Below are positions 39,798-50,199 of a stretch of 64,000 nucleotides of DNA, piece by piece. Position 1 is the stretch's first letter; every line of letters begins with the position of its first letter. The notes beneath the pieces are model-generated. The model was not told where the DNA came from and made no database searches. It saw nothing but the letters and a program-made list of their open reading frames with translations. This DNA comes from an uncultured Lachnospiraceae bacterium (GTDB lineage Bacteria > Bacillota > Clostridia > Lachnospirales > Lachnospiraceae). The position numbers were made by a program, and so were the translations under genes. Location: assembly GCA_948470905.1 (NCBI GenBank), contig CAOKQK010000001.1, forward strand, positions 38,055 through 102,054, written 5' to 3'.

Positions 39798-41240
39798 ATG
39801 TTAAAAAAGGTTACAAGTGGAATTGCATGTATGGCGCTGGCATTCCTGGTGGCATGCAGCGGAGGCGACAGCGAGAATCACGGTTCGGGGAGTGATTTTG
39901 CCAGCCAGGGAGGACAAAGCAGCGGCAGCACCGGAGGCAGCGGCAGTTCAGGGAACAGCAGCACTGCCGGCACCGGAGGCAGTAGTGCGGGGAACAGCGG
40001 GACCGCAGCAGGTTCCGTCTATTACCTGAACTTCAAGCCGGAGGTGGACAGCGTGTGGCAGAGTATCGCGGCACAGTACACCAAGACCACCGGTGTGCCT
40101 GTAAAAGTCGTCACTGCGGCAAACAATACCTATGAGCAGACCCTGATGTCAGAGATTGCCAACAAGGAAGCACCCACCCTTTTTCAGATCAATGGCCCCA
40201 CAGGCTACCGCAACTGGAAGGATTATTGTGCGGAACTGACAGGGACCAGGCTTTACGACTGGCTGATGGACAAGAACATGGTGGTCAAAGGCGATGACGG
40301 GAAAGTGTACGGGATTGCCTATGTGGTGGAAGGTTACGGGATTATTTACAACAATGCCATTATGGACAAATACTTTGCATTAAGCGGCGCAAAGGCGGCG
40401 TCTATGGATGATATCAAAAATTTCCAGACTCTGAAGGCAGTGGTGGAGGATATGCAGGCCAGAAAGGAGGAGCTGGGCATAAAGGGTGTCTTTGCGTCCA
40501 CGTCCTTAAACCCCAGCGACACCTGGAGGTGGCAGACCCACCTGGCAAACATTCCCCTGCACTATGAGCTGAAGGACAAGAATGTGACGGATCTGGACAA
40601 TCTGGAGTTCACCTACTCGGAGAACTATCAGAATATTTTTGACCTGTATCTCAACAATTCCGTCACGGCAAAGGGACTTCTGGGAAACAAATCCGTAGAT
40701 GATTCCATGACAGAGTTCGCTCTGGGGCAGGCGGCAATGGTGCAGAACGGCAACTGGGCATGGAGCCAGATGGCCGATGTCCAGGGCAATAAGGTAGCCG
40801 AGGGGGATGTGAGATTCCTGCCCATCTACACTGGCATAAACGGTGAGGAGAATCAGGGAATCTGTATTGGGACAGAGAATTTCATAGCGGTCAACAGCCA
40901 GGTGTCCGCAGAGAACCAGGCGGCGTCCATCGCTTTCCTGGAGTGGCTGTTTGGTTCGGACGAAGGCAGGAACTATGTGGTAAACGAGCTTGAGTTTATT
41001 ACGCCTTTCAGCACCTTCGGGGAGAATGAGACGCCTAAGGATCCTCTGGCAAAGGAAGTCATGCGCTACATGAATGACGAGACGAAGCAGAATGTCACCT
41101 GGGATTTCGTCATCTTCCCCAGCCAGCAGTTTAAGGACGACTTTGGCGACGCGCTTCTGGAATATGCATCCGGTGGGAAGAACTGGAGTGAAGTAAAGGA
41201 TATCGTGGTGAAACGCTGGGCGGCGGAAAAGAACTTGTAA
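39798..41240 (+). CDS. Carbohydrate (maltodextrin-type) ABC substrate-binding lipoprotein
   Basis: Lipobox LVAC, Ser/Gly linker, YYLNFKPE, APTLF and QNGNW; clustered with malP and malQ. Confidence 0.9.
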   Translation: MLKKVTSGIACMALAFLVACSGGDSENHGSGSDFASQGGQSSGSTGGSGSSGNSSTAGTGGSSAGNSGTAAGSVYYLNFKPEVDSVWQSIAAQYTKTTGVPVKVVTAANNTYEQTLMSEIANKEAPTLFQINGPTGYRNWKDYCAELTGTRLYDWLMDKNMVVKGDDGKVYGIAYVVEGYGIIYNNAIMDKYFALSGAKAASMDDIKNFQTLKAVVEDMQARKEELGIKGVFASTSLNPSDTWRWQTHLANIPLHYELKDKNVTDLDNLEFTYSENYQNIFDLYLNNSVTAKGLLGNKSVDDSMTEFALGQAAMVQNGNWAWSQMADVQGNKVAEGDVRFLPIYTGINGEENQGICIGTENFIAVNSQVSAENQAASIAFLEWLFGSDEGRNYVVNELEFITPFSTFGENETPKDPLAKEVMRYMNDETKQNVTWDFVIFPSQQFKDDFGDALLEYASGGKNWSEVKDIVVKRWAAEKNL

Positions 41241-41287
41241 GCCTACTTCCCAAAAGAGCTTAAAAGTGGTAATATAGGAGATATAAA

Positions 41288-42130
41288 ATGCAGAAGACAT
41301 TAAAGAGATATTTCCCCATATTTGTGCTTCCGACCCTGATTGCTTTTGCGTTTGCATTTATTGTGCCCTTTGTGATGGGGGTATACCTGTCTTTCTGCAG
41401 CTTCCGGACCATTACAAACGCACAGTTTACAGGTGTTCGCAATTATATAAGGATATTTGAGGACAGAGACTTTCTGAACGCACTGTGGTTTACGGTGAAG
41501 TTTTCAGTGCTTTCCATCCTGACCATCAATGTGATCTCGTTTGTGCTTGCGCTGGCACTTACCAGGAAGATCAGGGGAACTAACCTTTTCCGCACCGTCT
41601 TTTTCATGCCGAACCTGATAGGCGGTATTATACTGGGCTATATCTGGCAGCAGATGATCAATGCGGTGCTGCTGAGATATGAGACGACCCTGGTGGCAAA
41701 TGCCGCTTATGGTTTCTGGGGGCTGGTGATCCTGATGAACTGGCAGATGATAGGTTATATGATGATCATCTATGTGGCGGGGCTGCAGAATGTGCCCACG
41801 GAGCTTCTGGAGGCGGCACGGATAGACGGGGCGAACGGGCTGCAGACACTTTTTCGGGTGAAGATCCCTATGGTGATGCCGTCCATTACCATCTGCCTGT
41901 TCCTGACCCTCTCTAACAGTTTCAAGCTCTTTGACCAGAATCTGGCGCTGACGGCGGGCGCACCCAGCAAGAGAACGGCGATGCTTGCCCTGGATATTTA
42001 CAATACCTTCTATGGCAGGAGCGGTTATGAGGGCGTGGGGCAGGCGAAGGCTGTGCTGTTCTTCCTGATCGTGGCGGCGATTGCCCTGGGGCAGCTCATC
42101 CTGACCAGAAGAAAGGAGGTGGAGCAATGA
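41288..42130 (+). CDS. Carbohydrate ABC permease
   Basis: Multi-TM protein with EAA motif EAARIDGA. Confidence 0.92.
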   Translation: MQKTLKRYFPIFVLPTLIAFAFAFIVPFVMGVYLSFCSFRTITNAQFTGVRNYIRIFEDRDFLNALWFTVKFSVLSILTINVISFVLALALTRKIRGTNLFRTVFFMPNLIGGIILGYIWQQMINAVLLRYETTLVANAAYGFWGLVILMNWQMIGYMMIIYVAGLQNVPTELLEAARIDGANGLQTLFRVKIPMVMPSITICLFLTLSNSFKLFDQNLALTAGAPSKRTAMLALDIYNTFYGRSGYEGVGQAKAVLFFLIVAAIALGQLILTRRKEVEQ

Positions 42131-42975
42131 AACAAAAGTATAAAAAAGCCGTGACAGACGGGCTTATTTTTGCTATATTATGTGTACTTGTGGCAGCGTT
42201 TTTGGCTCCTGTCGCTTTTGTGATACTGAATTCCTTCAAGGGAAGGCTGTATATCAGCGATGCTCCATTTGCACTGCCCAATGGGGAGACCTTTGCGGGG
42301 CTGGCCAATTATCAGAACGGCATTGAGAAGACAGATTTTTTCAGGGCATTCGGCTACTCGCTGTTCATCACGGTGTTTTCGGTGCTGGCAATCCTGTTTT
42401 TTACTTCCATGACGGCATATTTTCTCACCCGTGTAAAAAGTAAGTTTACCGCAGGGTTATATTATATGTTTGTGTTCTCCATGATCGTGCCGTTCCAGAT
42501 GGTGATGTTTACCATGAGCAAGCTTGCCAACAGCCTGAGGCTGAACAACCCGGTAGGGATGGTGATATTGTACCTGGGATTTGGCGCAGGGCTGTCGGTG
42601 TTCATGTTCTGCGGCTTCATCAAGTCCATTCCCCTGGAGATTGAAGAAGCAGCCATGATAGACGGCTGCAATCCCCTGCAGACCTTCTTTGGGGTGGTAA
42701 TGCCGATCCTGAAGCCTACGGCGATCACGGTGGCAATCCTGAATGCCATGTGGATATGGAATGACTATCTGCTGCCCTATCTGGTGATCGGCCTGGGTAC
42801 CAAGTACAAGACCATCCCGGTGGCGGTGCAGTATCTGGTGGGCTCTTACGGGGCGAAAGATATGGGGGCGATGATGGCGCTGCTTGTGCTGTCCATCATT
42901 CCGATTATTGTATTTTATCTGGCGAGCCAGAAATATATTATAGAAGGCGTGGTGGCGGGCGCAGTGAAGGGCTGA
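42127..42975 (+). CDS. Carbohydrate ABC permease
   Basis: EEAAMIDGC, WNDYL and GAVKG. Confidence 0.92.
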   Translation: MKQKYKKAVTDGLIFAILCVLVAAFLAPVAFVILNSFKGRLYISDAPFALPNGETFAGLANYQNGIEKTDFFRAFGYSLFITVFSVLAILFFTSMTAYFLTRVKSKFTAGLYYMFVFSMIVPFQMVMFTMSKLANSLRLNNPVGMVILYLGFGAGLSVFMFCGFIKSIPLEIEEAAMIDGCNPLQTFFGVVMPILKPTAITVAILNAMWIWNDYLLPYLVIGLGTKYKTIPVAVQYLVGSYGAKDMGAMMALLVLSIIPIIVFYLASQKYIIEGVVAGAVKG

Positions 42976-43014
42976 GCAGTCACCGCCCTCTTTCTGAGGG
43001 AGGTAATCGTATAC

Positions 43015-44502
43015 ATGAGAAGAAGTGGTATTTTGATGCCGGTGGCAAGCCTGCCGTCAGCATATGGGATCGGGTGTTTTTCCAGGGAGGCATATGCCTT
43101 TGTGGACCGCCTGCAGGAAGCGGGGCAGTCCTGCTGGCAGATTCTGCCGCTGGGCCCCACGAGCTATGGGGATTCCCCTTATCAGTCCTTTTCCACCTTT
43201 GCGGGCAATCCTTATTTTATTGATCCCCAGGACCTGGTGGAGAGGGGGTACATCAAAAAGAACAGATGCAAAAGCTATGATTTTGGAGACGATGAGGAAA
43301 ACGTGGACTATGCCAAAATTTATGAAAGCCGTTTCCTGCTTCTGAGAGAAGCCTGGAAAAACAGTGACGTGGCAGGGACTGACGAATTCAAGAGCTTTGT
43401 GTCGGATAATGCTTATTGGCTGGAGGATTACTGCCTGTACATGGCGGTAAAGGATTCCTTCGGCGGCAGGAGCTGGATAGAGTGGGATGAGGATATCCGC
43501 CTGCGCAGACCGGAGGCGCTGGAGGCGTATCGGTCAAAATATGCCGGGGAGATTGCCTTTTACCGGTTCCAGCAGTATCTTTTTGCACAGCAGTGGAAGA
43601 AATTAAAAGCCTATGCCAACGGACATGGGATCCAGATCATCGGTGACATTCCCATCTATGTTGCCTTTGACAGCGCCGACGCATGGGCGAATCCAAAGCT
43701 TTTTCAGTTTGACTGGGAGTGCAGGCCGGTGGCGGTGGCAGGCTGCCCGCCTGACGCTTTTTCGGCTACGGGACAGCTCTGGGGCAATCCTCTGTATGAT
43801 TGGGATTACCACAGACAGACGGGCTATGAATGGTGGATGAAGCGTCTCGCCGCGTGTTTTGAGCGCTATGACATTGTGCGCATCGACCATTTCCGTGCTT
43901 TTGACGCTTATTATTCTATCCCGGCGGGAGCCAAGACGGCGGAGCACGGCGAATGGAAGCCGGGGCCGGGTGGCGAGCTGTTTGAGATTATGAAGGCAAG
44001 GCTGGGGGACAGACAGGTGATCGCGGAGGATCTGGGGTTCCTGACCCCCTCTGTGCTGGAGCTTGTGAAGCGCACCGGCTATCCGGGTATGAAGGTGCTG
44101 CAGTTTGCCTTTGATTCCAGGGAAGAAAGTGATTACCTGCCTCATAATTACACGGCTAATTCCGTGGTATATACAGGGACACATGACAATGACACTACCC
44201 TTGGCTGGTATCGCGTGCTGGAAAAGGGGGATAAGTCATTCTGTAAAAAATACCTGCACCTTGAAGGCTGTTCGGAGAGTGAAACCGTGTGGGAGCTGAT
44301 CCGTGCGGCTCAGGCAAGTGTGTCCGACCTTGCGGTGATCCCCATGCAGGACTATCTTGGATTGGGTTCCGGGGCGCGGATCAATACGCCCTCCACCCTC
44401 GGAGGCAACTGGAGCTGGAGGATGAAAAAGGGCGCTTTTACGAAAGAGCTGGCAAAGAAGATCAGAAGGCAGACAGCGCTGTATGGAAGAACGCAGAATT
44501 AG
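43015..44502 (+). CDS. malQ: 4-alpha-glucanotransferase (GH77)
   Basis: WQILPLGP, GDIPIYV, GQLWGNP, RIDHFR, AEDLG and YTGTHDN. Confidence 0.96.
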   Translation: MRRSGILMPVASLPSAYGIGCFSREAYAFVDRLQEAGQSCWQILPLGPTSYGDSPYQSFSTFAGNPYFIDPQDLVERGYIKKNRCKSYDFGDDEENVDYAKIYESRFLLLREAWKNSDVAGTDEFKSFVSDNAYWLEDYCLYMAVKDSFGGRSWIEWDEDIRLRRPEALEAYRSKYAGEIAFYRFQQYLFAQQWKKLKAYANGHGIQIIGDIPIYVAFDSADAWANPKLFQFDWECRPVAVAGCPPDAFSATGQLWGNPLYDWDYHRQTGYEWWMKRLAACFERYDIVRIDHFRAFDAYYSIPAGAKTAEHGEWKPGPGGELFEIMKARLGDRQVIAEDLGFLTPSVLELVKRTGYPGMKVLQFAFDSREESDYLPHNYTANSVVYTGTHDNDTTLGWYRVLEKGDKSFCKKYLHLEGCSESETVWELIRAAQASVSDLAVIPMQDYLGLGSGARINTPSTLGGNWSWRMKKGAFTKELAKKIRRQTALYGRTQN

Positions 44503-44607
44503 TGATCTTCACAGGGAATACCTGTGCTGCTGAAGGGGCATGTCTGGAAGCGTGGAGGTCCCGGAAGGGCACTGTTAACAATTGATTTTGAATCCGCTGA
44601 GGCGGAT

Positions 44608-46035
44608 ATGGGTATAAAAATGAATTTGCAGAAAAATAATATATGGAGAAAGCTGGCAGGCGACAGGGCTTTCTATAAAATGGTGCTGGGCGTCGCAGTG
44701 CCCATCATGATCCAGAATGGCATCACTAATTTTGTGGGGCTTTTGGATAATATCATGGTGGGGCGTATCGGAACGGAGCAGATGTCGGGGATAGCCATTG
44801 TCAATCAGCTGTTGCTGGTGTTTAATCTGGCAATCTTCGGAGCCATATCCGGAGTGGGTATCTTCGGGGCGCAGTTTTACGGCTGTAAGAACCACAAGGG
44901 AGTTCAACAGGCTTTCCGCTGTAAGATTTATATCTGTGCGGCGATCGTGCTGCTTGGGATACTGATTCTGGCAGGAGGCGGGGAACAGCTGATCCTGCTG
45001 TACCTGCACGGGGAAGAAAGCGGAAACGCGCTGCAGGTCACGCTGGGCTACGGCAAAGAGTATCTGTGGGTGATGCTGATCGGGCTGGTACCATTTGGGA
45101 TAGAGGAGATTTACGCCAGCACCCTGAGGGAATGCGGCGAGACGAGAATTCCCATGATTGCCGGGGTCGCAGCGGTTTGTGTCAACTTAATATTTAATTA
45201 CATATTGATTTTTGGAAAATTTGGTGCGCCGCAGCTGGGGGTTGTGGGCGCGGCAATAGCGACGGTGATCTCCAGATACGTCCAGGCTGCGATCGTAGTG
45301 GTCTGGACTCACACCCATGCAGAAAAGATGCCCTTTATCGTGGGAGTGTATAAGGAGTTTAAGATACCCTCTCAGCTTGCGTGCAATATCCTGAAAAAGG
45401 GTATGCCGCTGATGATCAATGAGATCCTCTGGGCGTTGGGGATGGCGACTCTGACACAGTGTTATTCCATGCGCGGGCTGGACGCCGTGGCGGCGTTAAA
45501 TATTTCCACTACAATTTCCAACCTGTTCAGCGTCATCTATATGGCAATGGGGAGCGCGATCTCCATTATCGTGGGACAGCTTTTGGGGGCCGGCAAAATG
45601 AGGGAAGCCAGGGAAACGGACACCAGACTGATCACTTTCTCGGTATTCTCCTGCCTGGTGCTTGGGGGTCTGCTGATCCTGCTGGCGCCGCTTTTCCCCG
45701 CGCTGTACAATACCACGGATACGGTAAAGGCATTGGCGGCTTCGCTGCTTCGGGTGGCGGCGGCATGTATGCCTCTGGCGGCATTCATGCACGCGTCCTA
45801 TTTCACCCTGCGCACCGGGGGCAAGACCATTGTGACTTTTTTGTTTGACAGCGTGTTCCTGTGGTGTGTCAGCGTGCCGGTGGCGTATGCCCTGAGCCGC
45901 TTCACCGGGTTGCCCATGGTGCCGCTCTATTTAAGCTGCCAGCTGCTGGATATCATCAAGTGTGTGATAGGGTTTATCCTGGTAAAGAAGGGCGTGTGGA
46001 TCAATAATCTGGTGGGCGCCCAGGGACAGAAGTGA
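44608..46035 (+). CDS. MATE-family efflux transporter
   Basis: About 12 TM segments; DNIMVG, NYILIFG.FG.PQLGVVGAAIAT and LRTGG. Start is 44608 or 44620. Confidence 0.9.
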   Translation: MGIKMNLQKNNIWRKLAGDRAFYKMVLGVAVPIMIQNGITNFVGLLDNIMVGRIGTEQMSGIAIVNQLLLVFNLAIFGAISGVGIFGAQFYGCKNHKGVQQAFRCKIYICAAIVLLGILILAGGGEQLILLYLHGEESGNALQVTLGYGKEYLWVMLIGLVPFGIEEIYASTLRECGETRIPMIAGVAAVCVNLIFNYILIFGKFGAPQLGVVGAAIATVISRYVQAAIVVVWTHTHAEKMPFIVGVYKEFKIPSQLACNILKKGMPLMINEILWALGMATLTQCYSMRGLDAVAALNISTTISNLFSVIYMAMGSAISIIVGQLLGAGKMREARETDTRLITFSVFSCLVLGGLLILLAPLFPALYNTTDTVKALAASLLRVAAACMPLAAFMHASYFTLRTGGKTIVTFLFDSVFLWCVSVPVAYALSRFTGLPMVPLYLSCQLLDIIKCVIGFILVKKGVWINNLVGAQGQK

Positions 46036-46046
46036 GGACAGGAAGC

Positions 46047-47477
46047 ATGAAATACGAATATGTGCCGCAGATCAGACAATATAGACTGGCGTCCTGTGAT
46101 ATTACCTGTAATTGTAATCTTCGGTGCAGGTTTTGCTTTAATGATTTTTCACAGAAGAATTTTAATATGACGGAGGATATTTTCCAAGATATTTTTCGGG
46201 TCGTGCCGTATTTGCCTGAAGCCACAGGCATGGATGGGAAGGGCTTTTATTTTTCCTGCCTGTGGGAGCCCTCCATTCATCCGCGGTTCCTGGAGCTTCT
46301 GCAGATGATCCCTGAGAAGTACAGGAGCAGGGTGTTTTTTACCTCCAATTTCGCGAAGCCATATACGGACGAAATGATAGAACAGCTCGCCCGCGCCAAT
46401 GTCAATCATATCAATATTTCTATTGAAACCTTGGACGGTGATAAGTATAAGCAGCTTACAGGGGGCACGGAGAAGAATTACGAGAACTTCTTTTCCAATC
46501 TGGAAAAGATTGCGGCAATTTTCCCCAAATATGAGACAGCGCCAAAACTTCGCTTTATCAGCATGGCGCTAAAGTCCAATTATCAGGAGCTTGAAGCCAT
46601 TGTGGAGAAGTGCCAAAAAGATTATCATGCATTTGTCAATGAGATCCGGACGCCCTTTGAGGGAACTTATATAGAACGTTTCCAGGAAGAACTGCTGGAC
46701 AAAGAGGAGATTGCATATTTGGAGCGTGTGCTGGCAAAACATGGTGAAAGAGTCAGTTATTACCTTCGGGAATCCGACGTATGCAGACAGGACGAGGTGA
46801 GAGAAAGGGCCGCAGGCACAGGAAATGCTGCCGGGGAGACAGGGGCAGGGGCTGCAGGAAATGGGAACACGAAGTCGGGTTCCGGACAGAGAGTGGACCC
46901 GCTTCCGGCAATCGCGCTGCGGGAACTGCCGGAGGATTACTATGACGTCCGTATCGACTCAAATGGGGATATAACCTGGCATGGGACCAGAGAGCACTTT
47001 CACTATGATCCGTCTGCGGATTATACAGCCCTGTTTGCGGAAGGGTTGGAAAAGCTGGTTCGACAGGAAGCTGAGCGTCATGTGCTTTTTGAAGATAGGG
47101 TTAAAAAATATTTTGAGATCAGGCATAAGCCTTTTCAAAAAACATTCTTTTTCCTGGATGATCTGGTCGAGTCGGACAATTTTTTTGTGCTCCGCGGCTG
47201 GGCCGGTGTAAAAGGGATTGACAGCGGCAGACAGCTGAAGATTCTGGAGCTTTCCGATAAAAGCGGCAGCCCCATGTATTATGTGTGTGAGGATGAAAGC
47301 CGCGCCGATGTTGTCGATGCCGTGAGAGAACCTTTTGAGAATGCCGGTTTCCGGATTCTGGTCGATAAGAGGGGGATGAGCGGGCAAAAGCTCCGGGCAA
47401 GAATGTTTTTTTATGGAAAAGAGGAGAATCGGATCACCCATATCGCTTCAAAAAGGCTGTATGTACAATTAAAATAA
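46047..47477 (+). CDS. Radical SAM protein with an uncharacterised C-terminal domain
   Basis: CNLRCRFC, CLWEP, TSN and INISI; no SPASM cysteines; C-terminal LRGWA...RADV...GF. Confidence 0.8.
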   Translation: MKYEYVPQIRQYRLASCDITCNCNLRCRFCFNDFSQKNFNMTEDIFQDIFRVVPYLPEATGMDGKGFYFSCLWEPSIHPRFLELLQMIPEKYRSRVFFTSNFAKPYTDEMIEQLARANVNHINISIETLDGDKYKQLTGGTEKNYENFFSNLEKIAAIFPKYETAPKLRFISMALKSNYQELEAIVEKCQKDYHAFVNEIRTPFEGTYIERFQEELLDKEEIAYLERVLAKHGERVSYYLRESDVCRQDEVRERAAGTGNAAGETGAGAAGNGNTKSGSGQRVDPLPAIALRELPEDYYDVRIDSNGDITWHGTREHFHYDPSADYTALFAEGLEKLVRQEAERHVLFEDRVKKYFEIRHKPFQKTFFFLDDLVESDNFFVLRGWAGVKGIDSGRQLKILELSDKSGSPMYYVCEDESRADVVDAVREPFENAGFRILVDKRGMSGQKLRARMFFYGKEENRITHIASKRLYVQLK

Positions 47478-47559
47478 AGTTTTCCTTGCAATTGCCGTCA
47501 TAGATGATAAACTGTTTTCAGGGGGATTCCCCACAAGACAAAATCAGGAGGTTGTGAGT

Positions 47560-47871
47560 ATGATAAAAGGATTTAAAATGAAGCTTTTTCCCGGGCAGGA
47601 GGCTGAGTACGAAAAGAGGCATAATGAGCTCTGGCCGGAAATGCAGGACATGATCCATGAGCACGGCGGAAAGAATTATACGATTTTCCTTGACAGGGAG
47701 ACATTGACCTTATTCGGGTACATAGAGATTGAGGATGAGGAGCTGTGGGCGAAGGGCGCTGACACGGCGATCAACCGCAAGTGGTGGGACTTCATGGCGG
47801 ACATTATGGAGACTAATCCTGACAACAGCCCCGTGAGCATTGACCTGCAGACCGTGTTCCATCTGGACTGA
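47560..47871 (+). CDS. rhaM: L-rhamnose mutarotase
   Basis: EYEKRHNELWPE, NYTIFLD and WWDFMADIM..NPDNSP; RBS ggagg. Confidence 0.93.
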   Translation: MIKGFKMKLFPGQEAEYEKRHNELWPEMQDMIHEHGGKNYTIFLDRETLTLFGYIEIEDEELWAKGADTAINRKWWDFMADIMETNPDNSPVSIDLQTVFHLD

Positions 47872-47981
47872 CATTCGGACAGCCCAGTGTCTCCTGTCCT
47901 AAGCCTATGGGACAAAATGTTCCAGGCTTAGGGAGAGGTGCGGCTGCACTCCGAAATAAGCAGCAGGACAGCGGGAAACCG

Positions 47982-48542
47982 TCAAGGATGATGGATGGGC
48001 TGACGCCTGCCTTGACCGTTTCCCGCCCCGGCTGCGGGTTTGAATTCTTTAGTAGATTTGACTTGACAGTAATCTTTTTCTCCGTTTTCTATATTGCTCA
48101 ATGTCTCTATTTGCCACAGCCTTTCCCGGCGCACGGCATTCATGTCATTTGGAAAGAGCATATTTATTACTTTGATGGCATAATCAGAAGATACCATTGC
48201 GTGTTCACGCATATGTCCGGTAGCAACAGCTTGTCCTACAACTCTTAAAGCCGTTTGGGTAATGATATCTTGACTGCTTTTCGCTAATTGATGTATTTGA
48301 AATCCGGCTTGCCTTACATCGTGTTTACGCGCGGTTCCCTCCTGCCAATTTTTATTAACCTCATATCCCGCAGTAATAATAGGGTTGTCCATATCCTTAT
48401 ATTTAATAGTGGTTAATATATGCTCTGCCAGCAAAATAGCATACTTGCATAACTTTACCTGAGAAGATTTCTCATATTCTTCATCTAATTTTTTGCGAAG
48501 TTCAATATCATCTGAAATTTTTATCTTGGTTAAGGTTGCCAT
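47982..48542 (-). CDS. Putative immunity protein (Imm5-like)
   Basis: AEHIL...W..G...R..GQAVATGHM..HA...YA...ER.WQ pattern; AT-rich; RBS gaggaagg. Confidence 0.6.
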   Translation of the reverse strand: MATLTKIKISDDIELRKKLDEEYEKSSQVKLCKYAILLAEHILTTIKYKDMDNPIITAGYEVNKNWQEGTARKHDVRQAGFQIHQLAKSSQDIITQTALRVVGQAVATGHMREHAMVSSDYAIKVINMLFPNDMNAVRRERLWQIETLSNIENGEKDYCQVKSTKEFKPAAGAGNGQGRRQPIHHP

Positions 48543-48808
48543 ATATCCTTCCTCTTTGATTCGTCACCTTGTGGATATCCGTACCGCTTAAGTCCAGTAT
48601 CTTGTAGTCACCGCTGTTGTTTACCAAAATATTCTGAACAAAAGAGCCTGGGGAAAATCCCGGTGTCGGGATTGCAGATGTGTCCAGGCTGATCTGTCCA
48701 TAGAGCCTTATAAATTGATGAGAAGTGACTTTCGTTTAATTATCATGGTACAATTATACCCTGGATATAATATGCAATAAATATTTTTCCTTGAAAAAAG
48801 AAATATCC

Positions 48809-48834
48809 CGCACATTTTGCAGTGCTCATACGTC
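48809..48834 (+). promoter_or_regulatory. Putative ECF promoter
   Basis: CGCACA-16 nt-CGTC just upstream of the second ECF sigma gene. Confidence 0.45.
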
Positions 48835-48862
48835 AAACACTATGAAGGGAGGTTTTTGGCGC

Positions 48863-49483
48863 ATGGATATCGAAGAACAATATGACAGGATATACCGATA
48901 CTGCTATTTCCGGCTGTATGACAGGCAGCTGGCGCAGGATATCACGCAGGAAACCTTTCTGAGATTTTACAGGCAGGGGCTGAACCTGGACAAGAGCAGG
49001 GAGCTGCCGTATTTATACACGATTGCCAGACATTTATGTATTGATGAATTCCGCAGAAAGAACGCCGGCGGCAGAGGAGGCGCCGGAGCGGGGTTGGATG
49101 TGGGAGGATTTGGTATAAATGAGGTGAGCAGGGACGATGCCCCTACAGGAAATACCTGCGGGGAAGCGGTCAGCACTGAGAGTATGGATAAAGAAATGAT
49201 TGGTTTGGAAGGCATCAGGAGAAACGATTTGGTGGATGGTCCCGGTGGTATGGCGGGGCATGACAGTTCGGAAAGCTGGATAGACAGTATGGTCCTGAGA
49301 GCTGTAATAGGAAAGCTTCCAAGGGAGGAACAGGAATTATTGTTCTTGAGATATGTTAATGAAGTTTCTGTGGCGTCCATCTGCCAGGTCATGGGAATAT
49401 CGCGCTTTGCGGTCTACCGCAGGCTCTCAAAGGTATTAAAGCGGCTGAAAAAAGAACTGATAAAGGAGGGATTTTCAGAATGA
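48863..49483 (+). CDS. ECF RNA polymerase sigma factor with an expanded Gly-rich linker
   Basis: YDRIYRYC, AQDITQETF, YLYTIAR; sigma-4 region LFLRY...AVYRR; RBS ggagg. Confidence 0.9.
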   Translation: MDIEEQYDRIYRYCYFRLYDRQLAQDITQETFLRFYRQGLNLDKSRELPYLYTIARHLCIDEFRRKNAGGRGGAGAGLDVGGFGINEVSRDDAPTGNTCGEAVSTESMDKEMIGLEGIRRNDLVDGPGGMAGHDSSESWIDSMVLRAVIGKLPREEQELLFLRYVNEVSVASICQVMGISRFAVYRRLSKVLKRLKKELIKEGFSE

Positions 49484-50199
49484 ACAGTCAGTTAAAAAAG
49501 AGAATTCGGCAGGCGTTTGCAGCTCCGGAGCCTGACCGGCAGGCGAAAGCCGGATTTTTGAACAGGCTGCCACAGCCCAGAATCAGTATGCCGGAGTTTA
49601 TCCTGACGCAGGCGGCTTATCTTAGGAAATTTACCATAATACTGTCGGTGCTTCTGCTATTTCCTGCGCTGATGGGAGCCTGCTTTGCCGACCCAAATAC
49701 TCTGTGGGCGGTATCGGCTTTTGTGCCTTTTCTGGGGCTTTTGGCTGTTGCCGAGAGCACTCGCTCTGCAATGTACGGGATGGAGGAGTTTGAAATGTCC
49801 GCGAGATTTTCGTTGAAAAGCATTGTTCTTGCCAGAATGAGCGTCCTGGGGCTGCTGGATGGGGCGCTTCTTGGGGGGGCGGCTCTGCTGTGCGGGATTG
49901 GCAGCAATATCGCTTTTCTGCAGACAGGAGTTTATCTTCTGGTGCCGTACCTGATAACAGTAAACATCAGTCTGTGGATCGCGCGGCATTTTCGCAGCAG
50001 AGGAGCCGTGTATGCCTGCATGAGCGTGGCGGTGCTGGTCAGCGCTGCCAATGAGATGCTGCACATGGCAGTGGATTTTGTGTACCAGCCCGCTTATATT
50101 GGCTGGTGGTTTATCCTGGCAGCGCTGTCGGCCGGGATGATGGTAAACGAGGCTTATCATACAATAAAAAGAACGGAGGAAGCGGCATGGAGCTGGTAA
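49480..50199 (+). CDS. Multi-pass membrane protein, probable anti-sigma partner
   Basis: ATGA-coupled to the sigma gene; about 6 TM segments; RS..YGM.EFE motif. Confidence 0.7.
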   Translation: MNSQLKKRIRQAFAAPEPDRQAKAGFLNRLPQPRISMPEFILTQAAYLRKFTIILSVLLLFPALMGACFADPNTLWAVSAFVPFLGLLAVAESTRSAMYGMEEFEMSARFSLKSIVLARMSVLGLLDGALLGGAALLCGIGSNIAFLQTGVYLLVPYLITVNISLWIARHFRSRGAVYACMSVAVLVSAANEMLHMAVDFVYQPAYIGWWFILAALSAGMMVNEAYHTIKRTEEAAWSW

